Below are positions 1 through 10,351 of a stretch of DNA of 32,000 bases, piece by piece. How positions within the stretch are numbered: position 1 is the stretch's first letter; each line of letters opens with the position of its first letter. The position numbers and the translations under genes are program-made. Source of the stretch: Bellilinea caldifistulae (lineage in GTDB: Bacteria > Chloroflexota > Anaerolineae > Anaerolineales > Anaerolineaceae); contig NZ_LGHJ01000016.1 of NCBI RefSeq assembly GCF_001306055.1, positions 180,001 through 212,000 on the forward strand, read 5' to 3'. The notes beneath the pieces were generated by a model that saw nothing but the letters and a program-made list of their open reading frames with translations, searched no databases and was not told the DNA's origin.

Positions 1-319
1 AGCCCTGATTAGAGCCACTTTTCAACAATTTGCTTTTTGGAAAAGGAACCATTCGATCCCCGTCATCGGTACTTCGGATAGAGCCAATCAAGATTACCAT
101 TTTTTCGAATATCCCCAACGGCTGGTATTGCTGATGGGCAGTGAGCGGCAAGGATTGCAAGAAAAACATTTTGCGATTTGTGATGAGAGCGTAGCAATTC
201 CCATGCGAGGTAAAAGCGATTCGCTCAATCTGGCTATTGCCACGGCGCTGTGCGTTTATGAAATCTTCAACCAGAGGCGGGAAAATCCGTACAAACGGGA
301 AGGTGTTGAAAATCCATGA
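1..319 (+). CDS. SpoU/TrmH-family RNA 2'-O-methyltransferase, C-terminal fragment (5' end outside window)
   Basis: Frame 2 is open from the window edge. The translation ...IPVIGTSDRANQDY...LVLLMGSERQGL...VAIPMRGKSDSLNLAIATALCVYEIF matches the SpoU C-terminal knot motifs (GsEg.Gl, IPM.G...SLN.a.A). Its stop overlaps the ruvA start (ATGA at 316-319). Confidence 0.75.
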   Translation, partial: ALIRATFQQFAFWKRNHSIPVIGTSDRANQDYHFFEYPQRLVLLMGSERQGLQEKHFAICDESVAIPMRGKSDSLNLAIATALCVYEIFNQRRENPYKREGVENP

Positions 320-894
320 TCGTATACCTACAAGGCGAAGTTGTTCGAACCGAGCGAGACAGTTTGGTCATTCAGCTGGGAAGTGTGGGTGTGAAGGTGT
401 TTGTGCCGACCACTACCGCCCGGCAGTCCCGTGCGGGTGATGTGGTTTTTCTGCATACTCATCTGGTGGTGCGTGAAGATGGCTGGTCGATATACGGATT
501 TGAATCCGAAACCGAACGAGATTTTTTCATCTTGCTTTTAGGGGTGAACGGAGTTGGCCCGCGAATGGCGCTTTCTATTCTCTCCACTCTATCAGTGGAT
601 AATATTCGTCAGGCTGTTTTCAGCGAACAAGCCGAATTGTTTGCGCGGGTGCCCGGCGTTGGAAAACGAACAGCTCAAAAAATTTTGCTGCATTTACAGG
701 GTAAAGTGGGCGAAGGGGGACCTTTAGAGCGGGCTATTGGCCTTATGGATGTGGACTTGCAGGTTTTGGAAGCACTGACTGGCCTGGGTTACAGTGTTGT
801 GGAAGCCCAAAGCGCAATTCAATCCCTGCCGCGGGATGCCTCGCCAGATGTTGAGGAAAGGTTGCGGCTAGCCCTCCAGTATTTCTCTAAATGA
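316..894 (+). CDS. ruvA: Holliday junction branch migration complex subunit RuvA
   Basis: 192 aa. N-terminal MIVYLQGEV..., two HhH-like segments (LLGVNGVGPRMALSIL and VPGVGKRTAQKILLHL), and a C-terminal domain III-like tail. Typical RuvA length and layout. Confidence 0.9.
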   Translation: MIVYLQGEVVRTERDSLVIQLGSVGVKVFVPTTTARQSRAGDVVFLHTHLVVREDGWSIYGFESETERDFFILLLGVNGVGPRMALSILSTLSVDNIRQAVFSEQAELFARVPGVGKRTAQKILLHLQGKVGEGGPLERAIGLMDVDLQVLEALTGLGYSVVEAQSAIQSLPRDASPDVEERLRLALQYFSK

Positions 895-924
895 AACCCG
901 CTGAATTTTGTCCACGCTTGTAAC

Positions 925-953
925 TGGACAAAGGTCTTTCTTTCTAGTATGAT
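925..953 (+). promoter_or_regulatory. Candidate sigma70-type promoter for the atpAGDC cluster
   Basis: TGGACA (925-930), 17-nt spacer, TATGAT (948-953), about 75 nt upstream of the atpA ATG. The -35 overlaps the 3' arm of an inverted repeat TTGTCCA(908-914)/TGGACAA(925-931). Motif match only. Confidence 0.35.
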
Positions 954-1029
954 TTAACCCGTTAATTAGACGAATTATTTCATTATTTGTCAGGAATGCC
1001 GTCAAATCTTACTTCTTTTCGGAGGCTCA

Positions 1030-2691
1030 ATGACCGACCTGATCAGACAATTAACCAGTGACCTTCAAGAAAAAATCGAATCTTATCAGCCGCATCTGGA
1101 AATCCGGAATGTTGGCACGGTGATTGAAGCCGGTGATGGTATTGCTCAGGTAGAAGGACTGGCCGGTGTGCAATCTCAGGAACTGGTGGAGTTTGAGAAT
1201 GGGGTGATGGGGATCGCCTTCAATCTCGAAAAAGATCGGGTTGGCGTTACTATCCTGGGAGATTACCTGACGGTTTCAGAAGGAATGCAGGTCCGCTCCA
1301 CCGGGCGGATTGCCTCGGTGCCAGTTGGAGATGGTCTGATAGGACGGGTAGTTAATGCACTGGGGGAGCCGATTGATGGGAAAGGGCCGATTGTTTTTAA
1401 CCGTTACCGGCCCCTGGAAAGAATTGCGCCCGGTGTGGTGGAACGACAGGATGTGGATACACCGGTACAAACGGGTATCAAAGCCATTGACGCCATGATT
1501 CCGATTGGAAGGGGGCAGCGCGAGTTAATCATTGGTGACCGTCAGACTGGCAAAACTGCCATAGCGATTGATACGATTATCAATCAGAAAGGCAAAAACC
1601 TGATTTGCATTTACGTGGCTATTGGGCAGAAAAAGGCTGCTATTGCGCGAACGATTGCCTTGCTGGAACGCTTTGGGGCGATGGGACATACAATTGTGGT
1701 CATGGCGTCGGCAGACGAACCGGCAGCCATGCAGTATATTGCTCCGTATGCAGGCTGTGCGATTGGTGAAGAGTTTATGGAAACCGGCCGAGATGCGCTG
1801 GTGATTTACGATGACCTTTCCAAACACGCCTGGGCATACCGTCAGATTTCCCTGTTGTTACGGCGTCCGCCAGGACGCGAAGCCTATCCCGGGGATGTGT
1901 TTTACCTGCATTCCCGCCTTCTGGAACGAGCAGCCCGACTGGCGACCCACTACGTGATTGTGCCGAAAACTTATGAAGGGGCAAAAGCCAAAGCCACTGA
2001 TGGTGTGGATGGAAAAGAGTACCGCGGCCCGCTGGCTAAACACGAGGCAGAACAAGCCTTGAAAACCCTTTCAGATGCCGATCAGTACAAAATACTGCCG
2101 GTTGAAGGAACGGGTGGCTCTTTGACGGCCTTGCCCATCATTGAAACGCTGTTGGGGGATGTTTCGGCGTATATTCCCACCAATGTCATCTCTATTACGG
2201 ATGGGCAGATTTATCTCGAGTCAAACCTGTTTAACGCGGGCATTCGACCGGCCATCAATGTGGGTATTTCGGTCTCCCGTGTGGGAGGGGACGCTCAAAC
2301 CAAAGCCATGAAACAGGTTGCCGGTCGGCTTCGCTTGGACATGGCTGCCTTCCGTGATCTGGCTGCATTCGCACAATTTGGGTCAGATCTGGACAAAGCC
2401 ACGCAGGCTCAATTAAACCGCGGTTTACGCCTACAAGAAATTCTAAAACAGCCTCAATATGAGCCGATGTCATTGGAAAATCAGGTGATGTCACTCTTTG
2501 CGGGGGTCAACGGATTTGTTGATCATGTGCCAGTTGACCGGGTTAAGGCCTGGGAAAGTGCCTTTCTGCGTTACATGGAGTCGTCTCATCCGGATATCGG
2601 AAGAGATATTCAGGACAAGAAAATGATCACACCCGAAACAGAAACCCGTTTACGGGAGGCTATTCAGGGTTTTAATGCGGGTTGGGTGTAA
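1030..2691 (+). CDS. atpA: F1 ATP synthase alpha subunit, with an internal insertion of about 40-50 aa
   Basis: 553 aa. Walker [44 protein letters not shown] lies 4 nt upstream of the ATG. Confidence 0.97.
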   Translation: MTDLIRQLTSDLQEKIESYQPHLEIRNVGTVIEAGDGIAQVEGLAGVQSQELVEFENGVMGIAFNLEKDRVGVTILGDYLTVSEGMQVRSTGRIASVPVGDGLIGRVVNALGEPIDGKGPIVFNRYRPLERIAPGVVERQDVDTPVQTGIKAIDAMIPIGRGQRELIIGDRQTGKTAIAIDTIINQKGKNLICIYVAIGQKKAAIARTIALLERFGAMGHTIVVMASADEPAAMQYIAPYAGCAIGEEFMETGRDALVIYDDLSKHAWAYRQISLLLRRPPGREAYPGDVFYLHSRLLERAARLATHYVIVPKTYEGAKAKATDGVDGKEYRGPLAKHEAEQALKTLSDADQYKILPVEGTGGSLTALPIIETLLGDVSAYIPTNVISITDGQIYLESNLFNAGIRPAINVGISVSRVGGDAQTKAMKQVAGRLRLDMAAFRDLAAFAQFGSDLDKATQAQLNRGLRLQEILKQPQYEPMSLENQVMSLFAGVNGFVDHVPVDRVKAWESAFLRYMESSHPDIGRDIQDKKMITPETETRLREAIQGFNAGWV

Positions 2692-2716
2692 TAACCCCGG
2701 CGAATGAGGGATCAGC

Positions 2717-3619
2717 ATGCCATCTATTCGTGAAATGCGGCTGCGAATTCGCAGCATCAAAAATCTGGCTCAGGTGACGAAGGCGTTGGAAACCGTCAGC
2801 GCCAGCAAGGTGAGAAGGGCGATTCAAGCTAACGAACAAACCCGCCCTTATGCCAAAAAAGCCTGGGAAGTGCTGGTACATCTTTCCCGTCAACCGGGAC
2901 GAAAGAGCCTGCATCCTTTGCTGGCGGACAGGGAGGAAGCCAAAAAAGATTTAGTGGTGCTGGTTACCTCAGACCGTGGGTTAGCGGGAGCTTATAATGT
3001 CAATATCGTCCGGCATACGCTGATTGCAATGCGGGAACATGATGTGCCGGCTGTATTTGTTACGGTGGGGAGGAAAGGCCGGGATATGCTGATCCGACGG
3101 CGCAGGCCGGTGATTGCTGAGTTCAGTGGATTACCGGTCAATCCGTCCTTCAATGTTTGCGCTCCAATTGGTAAACTGGTGGTGGATGAATACCTGAAAG
3201 GCAATGTGGATGAAGTTTTCATTGCTTACACCGAATTCATCAGCATGTTGAAACAGGAACCCGTCATCCGCCGCTTATTACCACTAAAACCGGAAGAGAA
3301 TCCGACCATCCAGCAAATTCGTTCAGCGTCTATTTCAACCCGGGTGTTTTCTTACGAGCCCGGAGCAGAAGAACTGCTGGATGAAATAATCCCGCGCTTC
3401 ACCGCTTTGCAGATTTATCAAGCCATTTTATCCGCGCAGGCCAGTGAACATGCTGCTCGCATGGTTGCCATGCGCAATGCAACCGATAGCGCCAAAGAGC
3501 TGGTCGGCGCATTGCAAATTGAGTACAACAAGGCCCGACAGGCTTCAATTACAAACGATATTCTGGATATTACCGGAGGCGCGGAAGCGCTTGCTCAGGC
3601 AATGGCAGAAAGAGAATAG
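2717..3619 (+). CDS. atpG: F1 ATP synthase gamma subunit
   Basis: 300 aa. N-terminal IRSIKNLAQVTKALETVSASKVRRA and C-terminal ASEHAARMVAMRNATDSAKELV...YNKARQASITNDILDI are the canonical gamma coiled-coil ends. Confidence 0.93.
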   Translation: MPSIREMRLRIRSIKNLAQVTKALETVSASKVRRAIQANEQTRPYAKKAWEVLVHLSRQPGRKSLHPLLADREEAKKDLVVLVTSDRGLAGAYNVNIVRHTLIAMREHDVPAVFVTVGRKGRDMLIRRRRPVIAEFSGLPVNPSFNVCAPIGKLVVDEYLKGNVDEVFIAYTEFISMLKQEPVIRRLLPLKPEENPTIQQIRSASISTRVFSYEPGAEELLDEIIPRFTALQIYQAILSAQASEHAARMVAMRNATDSAKELVGALQIEYNKARQASITNDILDITGGAEALAQAMAERE

Positions 3620-3655
3620 GGCAATTTCTGAGAAATTGACGGAGGAATTTTTTAA

Positions 3656-5053
<1,398 letters not shown>

Positions 5054-5500
5054 GTGAGTAATCCCATGCCGATTCATTGTGAAATCATCTCTCAAGACCG
5101 AATCGTCTTTCAGGACGATGTGGATATTGTTGTGCTGCCGGGTGAAGAAGGGGTGATGGGGATTTTACCCAATCACGCACCTTTACTGACCACCTTGAAG
5201 TACGGGATTATCACGGTTCGCAAAAAAGGCGAAGAGCAATACTTCACGGTTGCCGGCGGTGTGGCGGAGGTGCTCCCGGAAGAAGTGGTCATTTTAGCCG
5301 ATGCGGCTGAAAATGTCATGGAAATCAATCTGGCGCGTGCCGAGGAAGCCCGCCGCCGGGCAGAGGAATTGCTCAGCAAGATTGGCGATGTGGACACGGA
5401 CGAATATCTGGCGGCACAGGCAGCATTGCGGCGCAGTACCTTGCGGATCAGCGCTGCACAAAGGTATCGCAGCGGGCAGCCCCGAATAGGCGGCGGTTAA
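5054..5500 (+). CDS. atpC: F1 ATP synthase epsilon subunit
   Basis: The ORF follows the atpD stop directly. It has an N-terminal beta-sandwich-like sequence (V.LPGEEGVMGILPNHAPLLT.L..G) and a C-terminal helical hairpin. The track start at 5054 is GTG; an in-frame ATG at 5066 (MPIHCEI...) is the more likely start. Confidence 0.9.
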   Translation: MSNPMPIHCEIISQDRIVFQDDVDIVVLPGEEGVMGILPNHAPLLTTLKYGIITVRKKGEEQYFTVAGGVAEVLPEEVVILADAAENVMEINLARAEEARRRAEELLSKIGDVDTDEYLAAQAALRRSTLRISAAQRYRSGQPRIGGG

Positions 5501-5576
5501 GACATATGGGGTATAATCAAATCAAGGTGCCATAGGTGGGCATCTCATCTTTGTGAATGGAAGGAAATAGAGCGAT

Positions 5577-6584
5577 ATGCCTGCATTTTCAAGGGAATTG
5601 GGCATTGATTTGGGCACGCTCAATACCGTAATTGCGGAAGGCAACCAGATTTTATTGCAAGAGCCAACCGTGGTTGCGATTGTGGTTGATGAACAAAAGA
5701 TGGTCGAATGGGGGCAGGCCGCCAGAGATATGATGGGCCGTGTTTCGGAGAGCATTGAGGTGGTGCGGCCTTTACGGCATGGTGTCATTGCCGAATTTGA
5801 AATTACCGAGAATTTATTGCAGTATCTTGTTAAGAAAATTTGCGGGCCGATGTTAATTTTTCGCCCCAGAATCATTATCACGGTTCCGTATGGGATTACC
5901 AGTGTGGAAACCCGAGCTGTGCATGAGGCGGGGTTGGGTTCAGGCAGCCGAGAAGTATTCTTGATAAAGCAGCCGCTGGCTGCGGCATTGGGAATTGACC
6001 TGCCGATCAATACACCTTCCGGCAACATGATCATTTCGCTGGGGGGTGGGACAAATCAGGTGGCCATCCTGGCAATGAATGATATTGTCACCGCGGAAAC
6101 CTCGCGCACCGGCGGTTTGTATATGGATGAAGCCATTATCAATTACGTCCGAAAGAAGTTTGGGGTGATCATTGGACAGACAACCGCCGAGCTGCTCAAA
6201 ATTCGGATTGGCGCTGCCATTCCTTTAGAACAACAACTGACAATGGAAGTGCAGGGACAGGATCAAGTGAGCGGTTTACCAAGACCTGTCAGTTTGACGA
6301 CCGATGATATTGTGGATGCTCTTCAGGAACCGCTGGATGAGATCGTTGCGCTGGTCAAACGGGTTTTGGAAAAGACTCCTCCCGAATTGATCTCCGATAT
6401 AATTGACCGCGGCGTGGCGCTTTGCGGAGGAGGTGCTTTACTGCGTGGAATGGATAAATTCCTGACCAAGTCGCTGGGTATTCCAGCCTATCTGGTGGAT
6501 AACCCCCTTACCTGCACAGCCGAGGGAGCCTGCCGTGCCCTGGCCATGCGGGATACGCTGCGGCGGAGTTTGATTAATTTTTAG
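5577..6584 (+). CDS. mreB: Rod-shape-determining actin homologue MreB
   Basis: 335 aa. Motifs LGIDLGTLNT, EPTVVA, PLRHGVIA, LGGGT, GVALCGGGALLRGMDK. No mreC or mreD follows; the next gene is convergent. Confidence 0.9.
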   Translation: MPAFSRELGIDLGTLNTVIAEGNQILLQEPTVVAIVVDEQKMVEWGQAARDMMGRVSESIEVVRPLRHGVIAEFEITENLLQYLVKKICGPMLIFRPRIIITVPYGITSVETRAVHEAGLGSGSREVFLIKQPLAAALGIDLPINTPSGNMIISLGGGTNQVAILAMNDIVTAETSRTGGLYMDEAIINYVRKKFGVIIGQTTAELLKIRIGAAIPLEQQLTMEVQGQDQVSGLPRPVSLTTDDIVDALQEPLDEIVALVKRVLEKTPPELISDIIDRGVALCGGGALLRGMDKFLTKSLGIPAYLVDNPLTCTAEGACRALAMRDTLRRSLINF

Positions 6585-6599
6585 GTGGCGGGTAGCCCA

Positions 6600-7253
6600 T
6601 TAATCCAAGTAGTAAGTCATGTGCTGAAGCTTGATGATCGGGTCAATGTTCTCCACATGAATATCGTCCGGTAAATTGAGACTGATGGGGGCGTAGTTAA
6701 GGATGGCGCGAATGCCGGCATCCACCAATTCTTCTGCTACCATTTGAGCAACGGATGCCGGAACGGTCAACATGGCTATCTTAATTCCCAATGAAGGGAT
6801 TATTCTTTTCATTTCCCGACTGTCTTGAATGATCAGACCGGCAACTTCCTTACCGATTTTTTCAGGATCATTATCAAAAGCCGCTGTAATACGGAAACCG
6901 TGTTCAGCGAAGCCTTGATAACGGGCAAGTGCGTTGCCCAAATCACCCATCCCAACCAGGGCAAGGTCCCAAATTCTGGTTAATTTTAAGATGGATTGCA
7001 GTTGTTCAACCAGAAAGGCAACCGAGTAACCTGTGCCTTGTTTGCCAAATTCGCCAAATTGAGAGAGGTCTTTGCGAATTTGCGCAGCAGAGATACCAAT
7101 GGCTTCACCCAGTTCCTGCGAAGAGGTGGTCTTAATCCCTTCGCGGTACATGTGCTCTAGGGCTTGAAGATAGCGGGGTAGCCTCCCAACGACAATATCG
7201 GGAACGGTTCTGGTGATCATTTGACCTCGCTGTTGATCAAGATTAGATTCCAT
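6600..7253 (-). CDS. rex: Redox-sensing transcriptional repressor Rex
   Basis: 217 aa. Winged-helix N-terminus (RLPRYLQAL...SSQELGEAIGISAAQIRKDLSQFGEFGKQGTGY) and a Rossmann domain (LVGMGDLGNAL, NYAP). Confidence 0.9.
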   Translation of the reverse strand: MESNLDQQRGQMITRTVPDIVVGRLPRYLQALEHMYREGIKTTSSQELGEAIGISAAQIRKDLSQFGEFGKQGTGYSVAFLVEQLQSILKLTRIWDLALVGMGDLGNALARYQGFAEHGFRITAAFDNDPEKIGKEVAGLIIQDSREMKRIIPSLGIKIAMLTVPASVAQMVAEELVDAGIRAILNYAPISLNLPDDIHVENIDPIIKLQHMTYYLD

Positions 7254-7289
7254 TTGTAATGGTTTAATTTTACATTAACTATCCATTTT

Positions 7290-7307
7290 TTGTGCGTATT
7301 TTCACAG
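7290..7307. promoter_or_regulatory. Candidate Rex operator in the rex upstream region
   Basis: TTGTGCG-TATT-TTCACAG compared with the Rex-box consensus TTGTGAA-N4-TTCACAA (recalled): 5/7 and 6/7 half-site matches with correct spacing. It lies 37-54 nt upstream of the rex start codon at 7253. Confidence 0.45.
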
Positions 7308-7343
7308 AAAAAATTAGCACATGGCTTTTTGCCATGTGCTAAT
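7308..7343 (-). terminator. Intrinsic terminator downstream of the Zn-metallopeptidase gene
   Basis: Perfect 13-bp stem, ATTAGCACATGGC (7313-7325) with GCCATGTGCTAAT (7331-7343), and a 5-nt loop. On the minus strand it is followed by a T-run (complement of A 7308-7313). It starts 24 nt after the stop at 7367. Confidence 0.6.
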
Positions 7344-7366
7344 GAAGGTTGAACCGAGGGATTGAT

Positions 7367-8074
7367 TTAGTCCCGATTACGCCCTGTCAGGAGAAATACA
7401 TAATAAAGGATGGTGGAAATTGCCTGAACGGCAGCCGCCACGTAGGTCAAAGCAGCTGCATCCAGTACGCTATTAACCCCGCGGATCTCCTCGTTGTAAA
7501 TTGCGCCAGAAGTGGATAACCAGGCTTTGGCGCGCCGGGATGCGTCAAATTCTACGGGCAAGGTTACCAGTGCAAATACTGCTGCCAGGGCAAACAATCC
7601 AATACCCAACCAGGCAATTGAAGTGCCAATTGTCGGTGAGAGGAAGAAACCGATAATAAAGATAATCGGCCCGAGCCAGCTCCCAAGTTGAACCCCGGGT
7701 ACCAGTGCGGTTCGGAGTTGAAGCATGGCATAACCGCTGGCATCCTGAATGGCATGTCCAGCTTCGTGGGCAGCTACACCTGCAGCAGCGACGCTGTTGC
7801 TTTGATAAACCTGCGGGCTGAGACGCAGTACTTTGGCGCGCGGGTCGTAGTGGTCGCTTAAGAAACCGTGGGATTGCTCAACCCGCACATTTGACAGGCC
7901 AACCGAATCGAGCATTCGGCGCGCAATTTGGGCACCGCTCAAACCGGCATAGGTTCGAACCCTCGAATATTTATTAAATGCACTTTGTACCCTGATTTGA
8001 GCCCAAAAACCCAAAATAAGAGCTGGCAGGGAAAAGAGGATGTATAAACCGTATCCTCCAAACATCAGGTCCAT
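7367..8074 (-). CDS. Membrane-associated neutral zinc metallopeptidase (YugP-like, Zn_peptidase_2-type)
   Basis: 235 aa. N-terminal TM segment, HEAGHAIQ (HExxH), and two C-terminal TM segments. Layout is typical of the YugP family. Confidence 0.8.
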   Translation of the reverse strand: MDLMFGGYGLYILFSLPALILGFWAQIRVQSAFNKYSRVRTYAGLSGAQIARRMLDSVGLSNVRVEQSHGFLSDHYDPRAKVLRLSPQVYQSNSVAAAGVAAHEAGHAIQDASGYAMLQLRTALVPGVQLGSWLGPIIFIIGFFLSPTIGTSIAWLGIGLFALAAVFALVTLPVEFDASRRAKAWLSTSGAIYNEEIRGVNSVLDAAALTYVAAAVQAISTILYYVFLLTGRNRD

Positions 8075-8186
8075 GTTCTAATCCTCCATGTTGACATTAT
8101 TATTTTCTTCTTTGTCCAGGTTACCGAAATCATTTATACCAGACAAGTATTAGTAGAATGTTAACAAAGGATAGATTAAAAATTAG

Positions 8187-8258
8187 TGCGCCCGCCGAGA
8201 CTCGAACTCGGGCTCTTACCTCCGGAGGGTAATGTGATATCCACTTCACTACGGGCGC
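8187..8258 (-). tRNA. tRNA-Arg (anticodon CCG)
   Basis: The reverse complement GCGCCCG-TA-GTGA-AGTGGATA-TCAC-A-TTACC-CTCCGGA-GGTAA-GAGC-CCGAG-TTCGAGT-CTCGG-CGGGCGC-A folds as a 72-nt cloverleaf with a 7-bp acceptor stem, a TTCGAGT T-loop and anticodon CCG. No CCA is encoded. Confidence 0.9.
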
Positions 8259-8284
8259 AAAAAAGACTATTTGAATGTGCCTAG

Positions 8285-8312
8285 ATTTTACCACGCTTTC
8301 GGATGAGGACAA
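8285..8312 (-). promoter_or_regulatory. Candidate promoter for tRNA-Arg
   Basis: On the minus strand: TTGTCC (8312-8307), 16-nt spacer, TGg-TAAAAT (extended -10; the -10 is 8290-8285). The -10 ends about 27 nt upstream of the mature tRNA 5' end. Confidence 0.4.
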
Positions 8313-8323
8313 GATTTTTAAAA

Positions 8324-9310
8324 TTAATTGATCAGGGGGCTTAATTGAGCTAATTCATTACGCAGTTGAGTGATGATTTTCTGATTCCCGCCTTCGTCAC
8401 CCATCCGCCGAAATTGATGTTTTTTATGGGCAAGTTCAGCACAAAGTTGATAAAAATGGGATATTGTGCGGAAAGTTGGTTTCCCCAGATATTTGAGGAG
8501 GGCTTTAATCCGGGCAATATTGGAAAAGGATTCGAGGTACTGTTCCATAGTAATGATTCCCAAATGCACCTCTTCTTTTAACTCGAACTGAATTAACTTT
8601 TTCTCTCGGTGAATGACATAGATAATGAAAATACTCAGCCCAATCCAACCGGTCCAGTCAAATATAGTTCCTACCACAATCCCAGCCACGCCTGGGATTA
8701 AGGCGGGTATGGTATTGTGGATACTGTGCAGTAAGATGGAAACGATCAGACCTGAGATTGGGTATAAAAATCTTTTCGGCCAATTGGGGGTTAAGCGAGC
8801 CAGTGCCAGACCAATTCCGAAGAATGCTGTATAGAATGGGTGCTGCCAGCCAACCAAAACCACCCGAATGAAAACCAAAGTGAATAAGCCCGGATAGCCA
8901 CTTTCCAAATACCCAAAGTTGTAAATATAGTAGGTGTTTTCGGTAGCCGCAAAGCCCAGGGCGGTGATTCCGGCGTAGACAATTCCGTCCAGCACAGAAT
9001 CGAACTCTTTGCGGTAAAAATAGAAGACGATTAGAACTGCCATACCCTTTAAAATTTCTTCAATCAGCGGGGCGATGACTGAACCGGTGGTTTGCTGAGC
9101 AATAAGTTCCGAACCGGTGAGGAAAAATATGCCTGCTCCCAGCAGCGTATTGATCAAGAAAGCAAAACCAGCAGCAATCACTGCACCCCATACGAAGGCA
9201 CCACCTAACAGGTGACGGGGTTCCTTTTCAAAGCGGTCCAGCCAGTAGACGAAAAAGGCGAACACCAGCATAGGTAAAAAGCCAAATATGACCGAAAGGA
9301 TAAAGCCCAT
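8324..9310 (-). CDS. PrsW-family intramembrane metalloprotease
   Basis: 328 aa, polytopic. Carries the PrsW signature motifs EEILKG and HSIHN, plus a soluble C-terminal tail. Confidence 0.8.
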   Translation of the reverse strand: MGFILSVIFGFLPMLVFAFFVYWLDRFEKEPRHLLGGAFVWGAVIAAGFAFLINTLLGAGIFFLTGSELIAQQTTGSVIAPLIEEILKGMAVLIVFYFYRKEFDSVLDGIVYAGITALGFAATENTYYIYNFGYLESGYPGLFTLVFIRVVLVGWQHPFYTAFFGIGLALARLTPNWPKRFLYPISGLIVSILLHSIHNTIPALIPGVAGIVVGTIFDWTGWIGLSIFIIYVIHREKKLIQFELKEEVHLGIITMEQYLESFSNIARIKALLKYLGKPTFRTISHFYQLCAELAHKKHQFRRMGDEGGNQKIITQLRNELAQLSPLIN

Positions 9311-9331
9311 TTTTACAAACTCCGCTTTGGG

Positions 9332-10351
9332 TTAAGTCGTTTCAAAAAGGCGGGCAATTTCATCTCGATTGAATTTATTCAATAACCTTTGACCGTCAGG
9401 TGTAATTTGATAGACAAGCGGATCTCCGTGATTTACTTTGCCGAAAATGGTGGCGGTAATTCCATTTTCTTGTAATGCTTTGACAATCGCCTGACTTGAA
9501 GAGGAGGAGGCTGCAATGATCAACGCACCAGAAGCGATGCTACCCATCGGATCCAATCCAAAAAAGTCACAAACTTTGCGCGATATGGGTGGAATGAATA
9601 TTTGGGAAGGTTCAATGATCAGCGTGTTCTGACTGGCGTATGCCAGTTCCCATAATGCAGTTGCCAGACCGCCTTCGGTTGGGTCGTGCATAGCATGGAC
9701 TTCACCGGCGTTGACTGCAATTTCTGCATCCCGGCTGACGGAAATGCCGGGGTCTATCAAGAAATTTTGGGCCTGGGTGATTTCGTCTGGGTTTAAGGCA
9801 GTCGTCAACCGATCGGGAAATTCTTTCGCCAAAAGGGCGGTAGCTTCGATGGGAATGCCTTTTGTCAAAATCAAGGCATCGCCTGGTCTGGCTCCGCGGG
9901 GGGTAATTAATTTTTCACGCGTGGTCTCACCGATCAAGGTTGTTACCAAAATTGGCCGGTCTAACCCACTGGTAATTTCCGTATGACCGCCAATCAAAAC
10001 GATGCCCATTTCCCGGCAGGTCTGGCTCACATCCGCAGTGATTTCGTGAACAAGGGAAGGGGTGGTCTTGTTTTCCGGAAGCAGCATGGTGAGCAGCATC
10101 CATTGAGGTTTTGCGCCGGTTGTTGCAATATCATTGGCGGCTATTTGAACAGCATACCAGCCAATTTGACGGGTTGCAAAAGTAATCGGTTCGCTTTTGA
10201 ATACCAAAGAGCGATCCCCAAAATCCACGACGGCGCAGTCCAAACCTATGCCGGGGCCCAAGATAACCCTTTCTGCGGTTGTGGGCAGGGTGTCAATCAG
10301 ATGTTGTAAATATTCATGGGGTAATTTACCGAGCGGAAAGGTAAAATTCAT
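9332..10351 (-). CDS. AIR-synthase-related protein (PurM superfamily; HypE/ThiL/SelD-like)
   Basis: 339 aa. Motifs GLDCAVVDF...FKSEPITF, ANDIATTGAKP, GGHTE and HDPTEGGLA are typical of the PurM-fold ATP-binding superfamily. The specific subfamily is not resolved. Confidence 0.75.
   Translation of the reverse strand: MNFTFPLGKLPHEYLQHLIDTLPTTAERVILGPGIGLDCAVVDFGDRSLVFKSEPITFATRQIGWYAVQIAANDIATTGAKPQWMLLTMLLPENKTTPSLVHEITADVSQTCREMGIVLIGGHTEITSGLDRPILVTTLIGETTREKLITPRGARPGDALILTKGIPIEATALLAKEFPDRLTTALNPDEITQAQNFLIDPGISVSRDAEIAVNAGEVHAMHDPTEGGLATALWELAYASQNTLIIEPSQIFIPPISRKVCDFFGLDPMGSIASGALIIAASSSSSQAIVKALQENGITATIFGKVNHGDPLVYQITPDGQRLLNKFNRDEIARLFETT

Noticed and set aside
908-931. The inverted repeat TTGTCCA-N10-TGGACAA after ruvA, considered as an intrinsic terminator or as a Rex/other operator.
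   Set aside because: The stem is only 7 bp with a 10-nt loop and a weak, interrupted T-tract. It does not match the Rex box. Its 3' arm coincides with the candidate atp -35. The evidence is too ambiguous to call.
5551-5557. A perfect Rex half-site, TTGTGAA, upstream of mreB.
   Set aside because: There is no matching right half-site at N4 spacing; the sequence there is AGGAAAT. A single heptamer is expected by chance.
8130-8312. The 60-aa minus-strand ORF.
   Set aside because: It is fully explained by the tRNA-Arg gene (8187-8258) and its promoter region. It is an ORF-caller artefact.
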